Source: Geopsychrobacteraceae bacterium (GTDB lineage Bacteria; Desulfobacterota; Desulfuromonadia; Desulfuromonadales; Geopsychrobacteraceae). Taken from it: a stretch of 64,000 bases of DNA. The position numbers and the translations under genes were made by a program. Positions 20,715 through 30,227 of this stretch are shown here, piece by piece. Location of the stretch: positions 3,744,001 through 3,808,000 of the forward strand of contig OY759353.1 in the NCBI GenBank assembly GCA_963662315.1, written 5' to 3'. Below the pieces are notes generated by a model. That model searched no databases. It was not told the origin of the DNA and worked only from the letters and a program-made list of their open reading frames with translations. Every line of letters starts with the position of its first letter. The first letter of the stretch is position 1.

Positions 20715-21419
20715 TTATTGACCGGGTGCTGGCAGTTCAAAGAGGGTTCCGCGGTAATTAAACAAGGTCGATGTTTCTCTGATCTCGGCAATACTCAGAT
20801 CTGCGGTGATGTTTTCTTTTTCATGGCGTATTGTTCCGTTGATCCTGAGCATGCGCCGGGCCGGGTCAGAGCTGAAAAAATGCAGGGACACCCTAAGAGA
20901 TCCAATATCCCTCTGTAGTGCTGAAGGCAGTTCATCATAAAAGGGAACCTCCTCTGTGGTTGCTGTGCCAGGTGCTGTTGAGGGGATGGAATTCGGCGGC
21001 GACTGAGGGAGAGCTTCTAAAGGAGCGGTTACTTCCTGATGGCGTTGGGGGACAGGTGCGACAATATTCTGGGATTGTTTCTGCACGGGAGTTGGTGCTT
21101 TTGTATTTTTCTGTATGGTCTGGTCTTGTGCCGGTAACTGCTGACGGGTCTGTTTGGCTACCGGTATTGATGGTTGTTTGTCTGCTTTATGAATCTGGTT
21201 GATCGGATCGGAGGCCAGAATTGCAGGCTGCTCCGGCTGACGGCCGATCCACCAGCCACCCATAAGGCTCAACAGCGGAATCAGGATGCAGATAGCGATA
21301 AGAACCCCACGTTTCCGCGCCGGAAAATGGGGAATCAGGATATGTTTGCCCGCTTGCGGTGTCAGGTTGCCACTACGGTTTTCTTCTGATTTTTTAAGAG
21401 CATCAAGAATAAAGGACAT
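20715..21419 (-). CDS. gspB: GspB/ExeB
   Basis: MSFILDALKKSE start, TM, Pro/Gln linker, C-terminal RMLRING. Confidence 0.88.
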   Translation of the reverse strand: MSFILDALKKSEENRSGNLTPQAGKHILIPHFPARKRGVLIAICILIPLLSLMGGWWIGRQPEQPAILASDPINQIHKADKQPSIPVAKQTRQQLPAQDQTIQKNTKAPTPVQKQSQNIVAPVPQRHQEVTAPLEALPQSPPNSIPSTAPGTATTEEVPFYDELPSALQRDIGSLRVSLHFFSSDPARRMLRINGTIRHEKENITADLSIAEIRETSTLFNYRGTLFELPAPGQ

Positions 21420-23065
21420 CAGTTGACCTCAGTATTATCAAGGTGAGGGCCCGGAGCCTGGGTAAGATTGTTCAGATAGATAATTGTTTTGGGGCCAAGC
21501 ACCCCATCCGGGGTTAAGCCGGCTGCAAACTGAAAATGTTTCAGTGCGCCAAGGATCCCGCCAGCCAGGACCGAAGTCGTTTCCTGCCCTGCGTAGTGTC
21601 CGGTTGCCGTAAGTGTTTCTCTGAGCCATGGGATTAATGGGTTTGTTTGTCCCGGATAAACAATACCTGAGTAGTTTTGTGGTGGGTACCACAGGATCCG
21701 GTATTCGCCAAACCAACGGTTCTGCAAGGCTGCAATATTCAGGGTTCTGACATCTCCTGCGGCGCGAAATTCTGCCTTTTCGTTGTGCATGCTGGTGAGC
21801 AGCACAAAAAACTCTTTCCCTGCGTCATCATACAGCGTCAAAAGTGCCGGGCGATTAAGCGCCCGAAGACTGGCGAGGTCTTCCTGGCGGTCATAGCAGC
21901 GTAGACCCGATTCACGTGCGAAGTCACATGGAGTCAGGGATGAATTGCGGTAATTCAGTCCCCACATGGCGGCCAGTTCAGTAAATGCGCTGTCTCGGGT
22001 GTGGCCAAAAGCAAAGTCTGAAGGCCAGGTGAGGATTTCCTGAACCCTCTGCTGAACGGGTTGTGCTTCGCCCGCTTCCTGATCTTTGTTTATGAAGTAT
22101 TTGGCTGGTTCCGATGATTGCTCTGGCGCTGTCTCTACGGTTACTTCAGTGGAGGCCCCTTTTGTAACGGTTGTTGTTAACAGTTGGTAAGATAATCCGG
22201 AAATAATAATAAAGCTGATCAGGGTTGCGAAAATCCAGGGGACGCTTTGTTTACGTCCGGTCCGGTCAAAAATCTCAGCGCACGCCTGACGGACTATGGC
22301 GGGGGTGACCTGGCGTTGCTGCCTGGTGTAGGCCCCTAATAGAGAACGATCGCAAATCAGATTGATCAGGCGCGGAATGCCAAGACTGCGGTTATGAATC
22401 AATCTGATTGCTCGTGGTGTGAAGCAATTTTCATGACTGCCGGCCACCTGAAGGCGGTGAGCTATATAACCCCTGATTTCCTGTTTGTCCAGCGGGCCAA
22501 GGTGATAACGCGCGGTTATCCGTTGGGCCAGTTGCCGCAACTGCGGGCGGTTGATCATGTCACGCAGCTCGGGTTGGCCCAGCAGAATAATCTGCAGTAA
22601 TTTGCGCTTGTCTGTTTCCAGGTTGGTCAACAGCCGCAGTTGCTCCAGAACATCGATGGACAGATTCTGGGCTTCATCGATCAGCAATACCGTTTTACGC
22701 CCTTGGGCATTAGTCTTCAGAAGGTGCTGGTTGATGGTGTCGACCAGGAGCTTGGTCGAATTCGATCCGCTGTGACCGATATGCAACTCATCACAGATGG
22801 TCTGCAGCAGTTCAATAACGCTGATCTTCGGGTTCAGGACAAAAGCCAGGTCGATTTCGGGAGGGATTCTGGTGAACAGGCTTTTACAGATGGTGGTTTT
22901 GCCGGTTCCGACCTCGCCGGTCAGCAGGACAAAGCCGCCATCAGTCTGCAAACCGTAAAGCAAGTGTGCCAGCGCTTCCCGGTGGCTTTCACTCATGTAG
23001 AGAAAACCGGGGTCAGGGGCAATGGAAAAAGGCTTTTCTGTTAGTCCAAAGTAGTCAGTATACAT
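21419..23065 (-). CDS. gspA: GspA/ExeA AAA ATPase with peptidoglycan-binding domain
   Basis: PFSIAPDP, GEVGTGKT, IDEAQ, GQPEL; C-terminal FQ..GL.PDG..GP.T. Confidence 0.93.
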   Translation of the reverse strand: MYTDYFGLTEKPFSIAPDPGFLYMSESHREALAHLLYGLQTDGGFVLLTGEVGTGKTTICKSLFTRIPPEIDLAFVLNPKISVIELLQTICDELHIGHSGSNSTKLLVDTINQHLLKTNAQGRKTVLLIDEAQNLSIDVLEQLRLLTNLETDKRKLLQIILLGQPELRDMINRPQLRQLAQRITARYHLGPLDKQEIRGYIAHRLQVAGSHENCFTPRAIRLIHNRSLGIPRLINLICDRSLLGAYTRQQRQVTPAIVRQACAEIFDRTGRKQSVPWIFATLISFIIISGLSYQLLTTTVTKGASTEVTVETAPEQSSEPAKYFINKDQEAGEAQPVQQRVQEILTWPSDFAFGHTRDSAFTELAAMWGLNYRNSSLTPCDFARESGLRCYDRQEDLASLRALNRPALLTLYDDAGKEFFVLLTSMHNEKAEFRAAGDVRTLNIAALQNRWFGEYRILWYPPQNYSGIVYPGQTNPLIPWLRETLTATGHYAGQETTSVLAGGILGALKHFQFAAGLTPDGVLGPKTIIYLNNLTQAPGPHLDNTEVN

Positions 23066-23526
23066 GGGTCCTTGATTTGTTCTGCCAAATTGGCTGGTTC
23101 TTTCGCTCTACTTCGCCTGAAGTCTATCAAGCATACCTGCCTCGTCACCGAAAAAAAAGCCTGATATTTAAAGATACTGTACGGGTAACCAGATCTCGCA
23201 TAAAACAGCATTCTTATAATGCTTATGATATGTTTTAATTTCTACGTATATATATTGCAATATTTAAAATATAGATATTTGGAATAACTATATAAATAAT
23301 AAATTCAATAGTTTAATTTCTGACTGTTTTGCTCAGGCAAAAATTGTTTGAAAATATCGAAAAAAATCCTTGATCTGTGGCCAGCTGTTCAGTAGTTTTC
23401 CGGTAAATATGTGATAAAAAGAAAGCTCATTCTTAGCATGATTGGCCGTTAGTCTTGCGAGCTTTACAGTACATGTTGTGCGCTGTTGGAGAGGTCTGTA
23501 CATCCTTACTAACCAAAGGAGGTTAT

Positions 23527-24792
23527 ATGTCTCAAAAGCTAAAACGAGGTTATCGAAAGCTGGGTTGGCAGGTTCTGGCCGTATTGGCAATTGCTCTGCT
23601 TCTTTGGGGCTGTGGTGGAGGAGGAGGAAGTAGTTATGATGAGCCGACGTCTACTCAAACGGCAACGCCACTGATTGAAGCCGCAACTTTGATGGACTGG
23701 TCCAAAGACGGGCTGGTGAATGATGATGGTTTTGAAAACGTCAGAATCCTGCAGGTCGGGACGAGTGACGAATATAATGCTGGCCATGTGCCGGGGGCAT
23801 ACCTCTGGAACAGCAGTTCGGAACTGGTTATGGCCAGTCGCTTGGACGGATTGGCTTTTGAGCCCACCAGTACGGTCCCCGAAGGTGCGATTCTGGATGC
23901 CATGCTGCAGCGCAGTGGTGTCGATTGTGACACGACTATTGTTATCAGTTACCCTTCAACCAAGAATATCTATTATGCCGCGCGGGCCTATTTTACCCTT
24001 CGTTACTGGGGTTTTGGCAAAGATAAAATCAAAGTACTCAATGGTGGTAACAACGGCTGGACTGATGCTGGCTATACCCTGACAACCGAAGCGACAGCGG
24101 AAAAGCCATCTGATTTCAGCGTTCGTGAAAATGGCAGCCTGGGAGCGGATCTCCATGTTTCCATGGGTGAGATGATTGCGGCGGTGGATGCCAACAACGC
24201 AAGTATAACTGCATCTAGTGAGCCCCAGATCAACATTATTCAGCAGACAACCGGCGCGCGTGTCATTGCGAACGCTATAGGACGCTCTTACGGATATTTT
24301 GCTGTCGGTGGCGTTACCACAGGCGGTTATTTTGTCACGCCAACAGAAGCCTTAGCCGCCTTGAAAGACAGTGACGGACCAGCCGATAATCTTACTCTTG
24401 GTGAATTTCATGAAGATTTGCCAAGTATTACTCATTGTGTATCCGGGATGAGCTGTACACCAATCTTTTTCGCTCTTGACGGTTTATTAGGGTTGGATGT
24501 CGCGGTGTTTGATGGTTCCGCCGGCGAATGGAATATCTATCGTGGCGATGCTGCAGGCAGTGACTCTTATATCAACGATGCCTGGAACGTTAACCTGAAC
24601 GGACGTTCCAATGACACCAGCACAGTCAACGCAAATCGCGCGACCCAGATTGATCCGCACCTTAATTTCATTTATCGGACCGTAACCGATTCCGATGCCA
24701 ACCAGATCGAAAAAGAAGACAGTGAATACATGGGATCAGGCACGAGTGATGGTCCAACGTCTCCTAACGATGTTGATCCAAGCGGATGCTAA
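23527..24792 (+). CDS. extH: ExtH-like rhodanese (sulfurtransferase) lipoprotein
   Basis: Lipobox LWGC; GHVPGA and LNGG..W rhodanese motifs; catalytic loop HCVSG; C-terminus PSGC-stop; lies before the porin. Confidence 0.8.
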   Translation: MSQKLKRGYRKLGWQVLAVLAIALLLWGCGGGGGSSYDEPTSTQTATPLIEAATLMDWSKDGLVNDDGFENVRILQVGTSDEYNAGHVPGAYLWNSSSELVMASRLDGLAFEPTSTVPEGAILDAMLQRSGVDCDTTIVISYPSTKNIYYAARAYFTLRYWGFGKDKIKVLNGGNNGWTDAGYTLTTEATAEKPSDFSVRENGSLGADLHVSMGEMIAAVDANNASITASSEPQINIIQQTTGARVIANAIGRSYGYFAVGGVTTGGYFVTPTEALAALKDSDGPADNLTLGEFHEDLPSITHCVSGMSCTPIFFALDGLLGLDVAVFDGSAGEWNIYRGDAAGSDSYINDAWNVNLNGRSNDTSTVNANRATQIDPHLNFIYRTVTDSDANQIEKEDSEYMGSGTSDGPTSPNDVDPSGC

Positions 24793-24865
24793 TTGTTTGT
24801 CGACAGGTTGAGTATCGTCTGTGCGTGAAGCCAGATGGAATAGAGAATCTAAGGAGATGACATTT

Positions 24866-25990
24866 ATGAAGAGATATACGATGGCACGTTTGCTACTGGC
24901 AACCGTTGCGGTGTTTTGCCTGCTGGCAGGATCCGCCTTGGCTGGCCCGACCTGGACTTTTGGCCCTGATGATGAGGGACTGCTAAAAATTGATTACAAG
25001 GGGCAGTTTCAGTTGGTCAGTAGCGATGATGGCACTGATGATACGGTTGAATTTAATTTTCGGCGTAACCGCCTTGCTCTGATGGGGGCCTGGGAAGAAT
25101 CTTTCGGACTTTATGTTCAGACCGAGTACACTGAAGATAATGATTACGCAAGCAGCAACGGTGATAAATTTCAGCTGTTGGACGCGGTATTGCGTTTTAA
25201 AATTCATAATGCTGCAAACCTGTGGATGGGTAAATTCAAACATAACCTGACGCGGGAAAATCTGGAAGCGTGTGAAATGCCCCTGACTTTGGATCGCTCA
25301 GTCTGGCTTCGTGGGCCATACACCGCAACCCGCGACAAAGGGATTGCTTTATGGGGTAACCTGTTTAATGACATTTTCCAGTATCGTCTTGATGCCATGA
25401 ATGGCAGTGATGCATCCGATTCTGGACTGCGTTACAGTGCTCGTGTCCATGTTTCGTTACTCGACCCGGAAAACAGCTATGGTTACAAAGGGACTTACCT
25501 GGGCGAGAAAAAGGTTCTGACGATTGGCGCTGCATATCAGGCCGAAGCAGAAGTCGGGACGGTTAATGATGAGGCGTTCGATTACAGCGCCTGGACGGTT
25601 GATCTTTTTGCCGAATATCCCATTGATAATGTTGGTACCTTTACGTTGTCAGCAGCTTATGTTGATTATGACCTGGATGACGCTTATAAAACTGGAGGCG
25701 CAACTGGCGACCTGATCGGCGTCAATGGTCAGAAAAATGGTGGATATGTTAAAGCCGGTTACCTGCTGCCATCCCTCCCTCTGCAACTTTTTGCCCGCAC
25801 TGAAGGCTGGTCCTTTGCCAATCTGAATGGTGTGTACGACCAGGAAATTTCTGTTTTGGGTGTTGGTTTCAATTACTATCTGCGTGGCCAGAACCTGAAG
25901 GTAACGGTTGAGTACAACACCACCGAATACGACAAAGGTGGTGTCGACGACCTCGACAGGCTGGTTGCCCAGATGCAGGTCATTTTTTAA
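24866..25990 (+). CDS. extI: ExtI-like outer-membrane porin (phosphate-selective porin-like)
   Basis: Signal peptide, FNFRRNRL, TRENLEACE.PLTLDRS, GYKGTYLGEKKVLTIG, C-terminal Phe. Confidence 0.85.
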   Translation: MKRYTMARLLLATVAVFCLLAGSALAGPTWTFGPDDEGLLKIDYKGQFQLVSSDDGTDDTVEFNFRRNRLALMGAWEESFGLYVQTEYTEDNDYASSNGDKFQLLDAVLRFKIHNAANLWMGKFKHNLTRENLEACEMPLTLDRSVWLRGPYTATRDKGIALWGNLFNDIFQYRLDAMNGSDASDSGLRYSARVHVSLLDPENSYGYKGTYLGEKKVLTIGAAYQAEAEVGTVNDEAFDYSAWTVDLFAEYPIDNVGTFTLSAAYVDYDLDDAYKTGGATGDLIGVNGQKNGGYVKAGYLLPSLPLQLFARTEGWSFANLNGVYDQEISVLGVGFNYYLRGQNLKVTVEYNTTEYDKGGVDDLDRLVAQMQVIF

Positions 25991-26015
25991 ATCAGATACA
26001 TAAAATTTGCATTAT

Positions 26016-26047
26016 GCCGGGAAGTATGGGGACTTCTCGGCTTTTTT
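26016..26047 (+). terminator. Intra-operon terminator-like hairpin after the porin gene
   Basis: GCCGGGAAGT/ACTTCTCGGC stem plus T run. Confidence 0.65.
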
Positions 26048-26072
26048 ACTCAGTCCTAGACAAGGAGTGGCT

Positions 26073-26303
26073 ATGAAAAAAACAACAAGTCTGATCGCCG
26101 TTCTGGTATTCGCTTTGAGTATTGCCGGTAGCGCTTGTGCAGAAGATTATAAAGGGAAAGTTGAAAAAGTTGACGGTAAGCTGATCACCATCAAGATCAC
26201 CAAAGGGAAAGCTTCTGATTTTGAAGTCGGTGACAAGGTCATGATTGAAACAAAGGATGATAAGCCGAAGAAAAAAGGTGGCGTTACGTTGCAAGGTTGT
26301 TAA
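26073..26303 (+). CDS. extJ: ExtJ-like small periplasmic protein with C-terminal Gly-Cys
   Basis: Signal peptide, small beta-rich core, ends KKKGGVTLQGC-stop; follows the porin. Confidence 0.75.
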   Translation: MKKTTSLIAVLVFALSIAGSACAEDYKGKVEKVDGKLITIKITKGKASDFEVGDKVMIETKDDKPKKKGGVTLQGC

Positions 26304-26341
26304 TGCACATTTTTTAACCCTTTATCTGACGAGTGTTGTCT

Positions 26342-26938
26342 ATGCCTGCTGTCGGTGGGATGCAAAACCAGCAATACTGCACCGCAATGGCTCGGCTGTA
26401 TCGCTTGCTTGCCAAAGCGGTAAACTATCCGGAGCGTACCTGGCTGACCCGGGACTACTGGAAGACGCTTGCCCTGACCTGGGCTGAAATCTCAGCCGGG
26501 CAAATGACTGTTCATCTGCCGGATTACCCGCAGGATGAACAGTCGTTTGAGGCGCTTCAGGTCGAATATACCCGTCTGTTTATTAATGCGATCCCTCATG
26601 TTGTGGCTCCTATGTATGGCTCGGTTTATCTTGAACCCGACGCAGTGCTGTATGGCAGCAGTGCGGAACAGGTCAAGGCTTTTTATCAGCAATGTGATTT
26701 CAGCCTGAACGGGGCAGGTGATATTCCGGATTTTTTGGGGACCGAGTTGAAATTTCTGGCCCTGCTGATGGATGAGGAGCGTGAAGATGATGTCGAACGA
26801 TTTCTGTCTCAGCATTTTCGCCCCTGGTTCAAACTGTTCAAGCAACGCGTCACCACTGCCGCTCAGCATCCATACTTTTTAGTGCTGATTCACCTGATCA
26901 ACTTTTTTACTAAGGAGGAAATGGCTCATGGCAATTAA
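26342..26938 (+). CDS. TorD/DmsD family molybdoenzyme chaperone
   Basis: EYTRLF, APMYGSVYL, PD....EL.FLA.L, HF.PW; start uncertain. Confidence 0.88.
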   Translation: MPAVGGMQNQQYCTAMARLYRLLAKAVNYPERTWLTRDYWKTLALTWAEISAGQMTVHLPDYPQDEQSFEALQVEYTRLFINAIPHVVAPMYGSVYLEPDAVLYGSSAEQVKAFYQQCDFSLNGAGDIPDFLGTELKFLALLMDEEREDDVERFLSQHFRPWFKLFKQRVTTAAQHPYFLVLIHLINFFTKEEMAHGN

Positions 26939-29168
26939 AATGACCCGGCGCAGATTTTTGCAATCCACGACCTGTGCAGCTGCAGTTCTTCCTTTTGCGG
27001 GTCTGGTTCAAGCCGATGATACGTTTGTCAAAGTTCCGTATGCAGCTCCTGGCAGTCTGGCTGGAACCCAAACCGTGACGGGGGGTGTTTGTGAAATGTG
27101 CTTCTGGCGCTGTCAGATCGTTGGCAAGGTCAGAAATGGACGTTTGCTGAAACTTGAAGGAAACCCTAAAAGTATCGACAACGGCAAAAGTATCTGTGCT
27201 CGTGGTAACGCCGGGGTCAAACTGCTGTATGATCCGGATCGTTTGAAGTTCCCGCTGAAAAATGTCGGCAAACGCGGTGCCCCGCAGTGGAAACGGATCT
27301 CCTGGGAGCAGGCTCTCGATGAATGCGCGCAAAAGCTTAAGGGCACTATCGACTCTTATGGTCCCCAGGGCATCGCTATTTTCCCCCACGGGTCATCGGC
27401 CAAGTATCCGATGACATTTTTTGAAGATGTTGTCGGGACGCCGAACAATTCAGAAGCTTCCTTCTTTCAGTGTCGTGGTGCGCGTGATACCGCTTATCTG
27501 GCAACACTGGGAGTTCCGGCGGGTGAACATGTCGACATGTCTAATGCCAAGGTGATCTTTTTACTGGGAAGCCACCTGGGTGAAAATGTTCACGTATCTC
27601 ACCTGAAGCGCTATCTCAAAGGGTTAGAAAACGGTGCCAAGCTGATTGCTGTTGATCCGCGTTTTTCTGCGGCAGCAGCCAAGGCTGACATCTGGGTTCA
27701 GATCAAGCCGGGAACCGATATCGCATTCTTGCTGGCGATCATGAACTATCTGGCGGTGAATGAAAAATACAATGTTGAGTATGTCGATGATAATGGCGAT
27801 GGTTTTGATGATTTCTGTGAAGGGATTGCTCACGCCACTCTCGAATGGGCTGCGGGGATCTGCGATATTCCAGCCAAACAGATCAAGCAGGTTGCTGATC
27901 TGCTTGCTGACAATTCTCCCAACGTCTCAATCCACCCCGGCCGCCACACTAGCTGGTATGGCAACGATTTTCAGCGTGAGCGGGCGATGGCCTGCCTGAC
28001 CGGTATGCTGGGTGCTATCGGCAGTGTCGGTGGTTTCGTGCGTCCGATTGGTCCCAAAACCGGTAAGTTCGGTTGGCCGCATCCGATGAAAGAACACGCC
28101 GAGGAGCATGCCTTGCACCGCATGGCTGGTGTCCATAAGTTCGCTCCCCCGGGGACTCCGACCGATCTGATTCGTAACGCTGCCGTCAGTGGCAAGCCCT
28201 ATCCCATTAAGAGCTGCGTTATCTGGGGACAAAACCCGCTTCAGACTATCCCCAATCAGGCTTTGACCATCAAAATGCTGCAGCATATGGATTTCGTCAT
28301 GGTCTGCGACATCATGCCGACTGATATCACCATGTATGCTGATATCCTGTTGCCCGAGGTTTCCTACCTGGAGCGCTACGATCATATTCAGAAAGGCACG
28401 CAGTGGGACTTTGCCGCTGAACATCAGCAGTATATTGCGCCAAGGATGCCATTGGTGTCACCGACTGCGGCCGATCATGAGCGCAAAGACTCGGTCTGGA
28501 TTACCAACGAGCTGGCCAAGCGTCTCGGGTATGCCGAGCATATCCCGGCACAAAGCGCGGAAGAGATGGTCGATATTATACTTAAAGGGGCTGACTTGTC
28601 CTTGGCCAGCGTTCGCAAGGAGGAGGGCATTCATATCCAGGAGGGTGAAGATCCCTACGATACCGAACTGGATGTTGTCTTTTACAGTGATGCGCTGGAA
28701 GAAGCTGGTTTCCCACCAATTCCGAAATATACTCCGGTTCCGGAACCGCCGCCCGGCTATGCCCGGCTGGTTTATGGGCGTTTACCGACCCATACCTTTA
28801 ACCGTACCCAGAACAATGCCTGGCTCCATAATGAATCACCTCGCAATCCTGTCTGGCTTAACGATAAATGTGCCAGAAAAATGGGCCTCAAAGACGGGGA
28901 TGAGGTGGAGCTGATCAATGCCGAAGGGATAAAGTCACGGACCTCGACCATTGTCAAAGTGACACCCGGTATTCGTGAGGATACGGTCTTTATGGCGCAT
29001 GGGTATGGCACCATGAATTCGGCAATGACCATCGGGTGTGGTGCCGGAGTGGATGATCAGAGTCTGATCAGCACCTTGTCAATTGATCCTGAGACCGGAA
29101 CACATGGTATGCGTAATGACTTTGTCCAGCTGATTAAGAATGGCAAGGTCATACCGGTTAAGGCCTGA
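26928..29168 (+). CDS. Tat-exported Mo/W-bisPGD oxidoreductase catalytic subunit, PsrA/PhsA/SrrA-like
   Basis: TRRRFLQ Tat motif; FS0 CEMCFWRC...CARG; putative Cys ligand in FFQCRG; ADILLP...LER; HTFNRTQN. Confidence 0.9.
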   Translation: MAIKMTRRRFLQSTTCAAAVLPFAGLVQADDTFVKVPYAAPGSLAGTQTVTGGVCEMCFWRCQIVGKVRNGRLLKLEGNPKSIDNGKSICARGNAGVKLLYDPDRLKFPLKNVGKRGAPQWKRISWEQALDECAQKLKGTIDSYGPQGIAIFPHGSSAKYPMTFFEDVVGTPNNSEASFFQCRGARDTAYLATLGVPAGEHVDMSNAKVIFLLGSHLGENVHVSHLKRYLKGLENGAKLIAVDPRFSAAAAKADIWVQIKPGTDIAFLLAIMNYLAVNEKYNVEYVDDNGDGFDDFCEGIAHATLEWAAGICDIPAKQIKQVADLLADNSPNVSIHPGRHTSWYGNDFQRERAMACLTGMLGAIGSVGGFVRPIGPKTGKFGWPHPMKEHAEEHALHRMAGVHKFAPPGTPTDLIRNAAVSGKPYPIKSCVIWGQNPLQTIPNQALTIKMLQHMDFVMVCDIMPTDITMYADILLPEVSYLERYDHIQKGTQWDFAAEHQQYIAPRMPLVSPTAADHERKDSVWITNELAKRLGYAEHIPAQSAEEMVDIILKGADLSLASVRKEEGIHIQEGEDPYDTELDVVFYSDALEEAGFPPIPKYTPVPEPPPGYARLVYGRLPTHTFNRTQNNAWLHNESPRNPVWLNDKCARKMGLKDGDEVELINAEGIKSRTSTIVKVTPGIREDTVFMAHGYGTMNSAMTIGCGAGVDDQSLISTLSIDPETGTHGMRNDFVQLIKNGKVIPVKA

Positions 29169-29209
29169 TAGCGTGCTATTAACACTTTGAAACGACATGG
29201 AGGAATCCA

Positions 29210-30025
29210 GTGAGCCAATATGGAATGATCATCGATCTCAACAAGTGTATCGGCTGCCATGCCTGTTCAATTGCCTGTCGGGCCGAATGGGAGGTACCCA
29301 CCGGCAAAGACTCTGAGGGGCGCCAGCAGCGGCGCAACTGGGTCGAGCGCCTGGGACCGAGCAGCACCCCTCAGGGGCTGGCTTATACCTATTATCCCGG
29401 CTTATGTAATCATTGTGATGAGCCTTCCTGTGTGGACGTCTGTCCGGCCGATACCGTGACCATGACTTTTACAGCCAAGGACGGTACGACCAAAACCATG
29501 GATGTTGCTGCGACCTGGAAGGATCCGTTTGATGGAACGGTGCAGATCGATAAAGAGCGTTGTATCGGTTGTGGTGCCTGTGCTGAAAGCTGCCCTTACA
29601 CTGCGCGCTATCTGAACGAAACGGGGGATGAACCAAAGGCGGACAAATGCTCATTCTGTGTTGAACGAGTCGCCTTGGGAGCCGAGCCTGCCTGTGTCCA
29701 GACCTGTTTGGCAGGAGCCCGAATCTTTGGTGAGGTGAATGATTCCGCATCGCAGGTTGCTGCATATATAAAAAATGGTGCAATCAGGCTGGAGTCGGAA
29801 GCCGTCAAAATTGGTCCTAATGTTCGCTATTTCGGCAGCAAGCGGGATCTCTACCTGCTTGACAAGACCGCAACGCCACAACAACTGGCCCAGGTTAATC
29901 AGCGTCGCCTGCTCATGGCTCAGATAGCGAAAAAAACGACACTCAGTTTTAAAGGTATGGGGCTCATAGGAATGGCCGGATTTCTTTTAGCGGACACTGA
30001 TAAAGATTCTGGTAGTAGAGATTAA
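29210..30025 (+). CDS. 4x[4Fe-4S] electron transfer subunit (PsrB/NrfC-like) with C-terminal extension
   Basis: CIGCHACSIAC, CNHCDEPSCVDVCP, CIGCGACAESCP, KCSFC...PACVQTC. Confidence 0.92.
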   Translation: MSQYGMIIDLNKCIGCHACSIACRAEWEVPTGKDSEGRQQRRNWVERLGPSSTPQGLAYTYYPGLCNHCDEPSCVDVCPADTVTMTFTAKDGTTKTMDVAATWKDPFDGTVQIDKERCIGCGACAESCPYTARYLNETGDEPKADKCSFCVERVALGAEPACVQTCLAGARIFGEVNDSASQVAAYIKNGAIRLESEAVKIGPNVRYFGSKRDLYLLDKTATPQQLAQVNQRRLLMAQIAKKTTLSFKGMGLIGMAGFLLADTDKDSGSRD

Positions 30026-30040
30026 CCTGTTTGTTTTGAT

Positions 30041-30082
30041 GGTCAAAAGTCACTCATCAATAGCAATGGGTGACTTTTGACC
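30041..30082 (+). terminator. Strong hairpin after the Fe-S subunit gene
   Basis: GGTCAAAAGTCAC...GTGACTTTTGACC inverted repeat. Confidence 0.7.
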
Positions 30083-30227
30083 GTTTAATGGACTTACACG
30101 AATTGTCTTTGTTTTGCCCTGCATTATTCCATGCTACACTGTTTTCATTCCTGTCCTCATAATCATGAACCAGTAGCTGCCAATGTGTTTGACCGCTTCT
30201 CTGCCACGGTGAGATGACGATACGCTT

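Noticed and set aside
23443..23458. Sigma54 promoter TGGCCGTTAGTCTTGC for the ext cluster
   Set aside because: GG-to-GC spacing is 11, not the required 10
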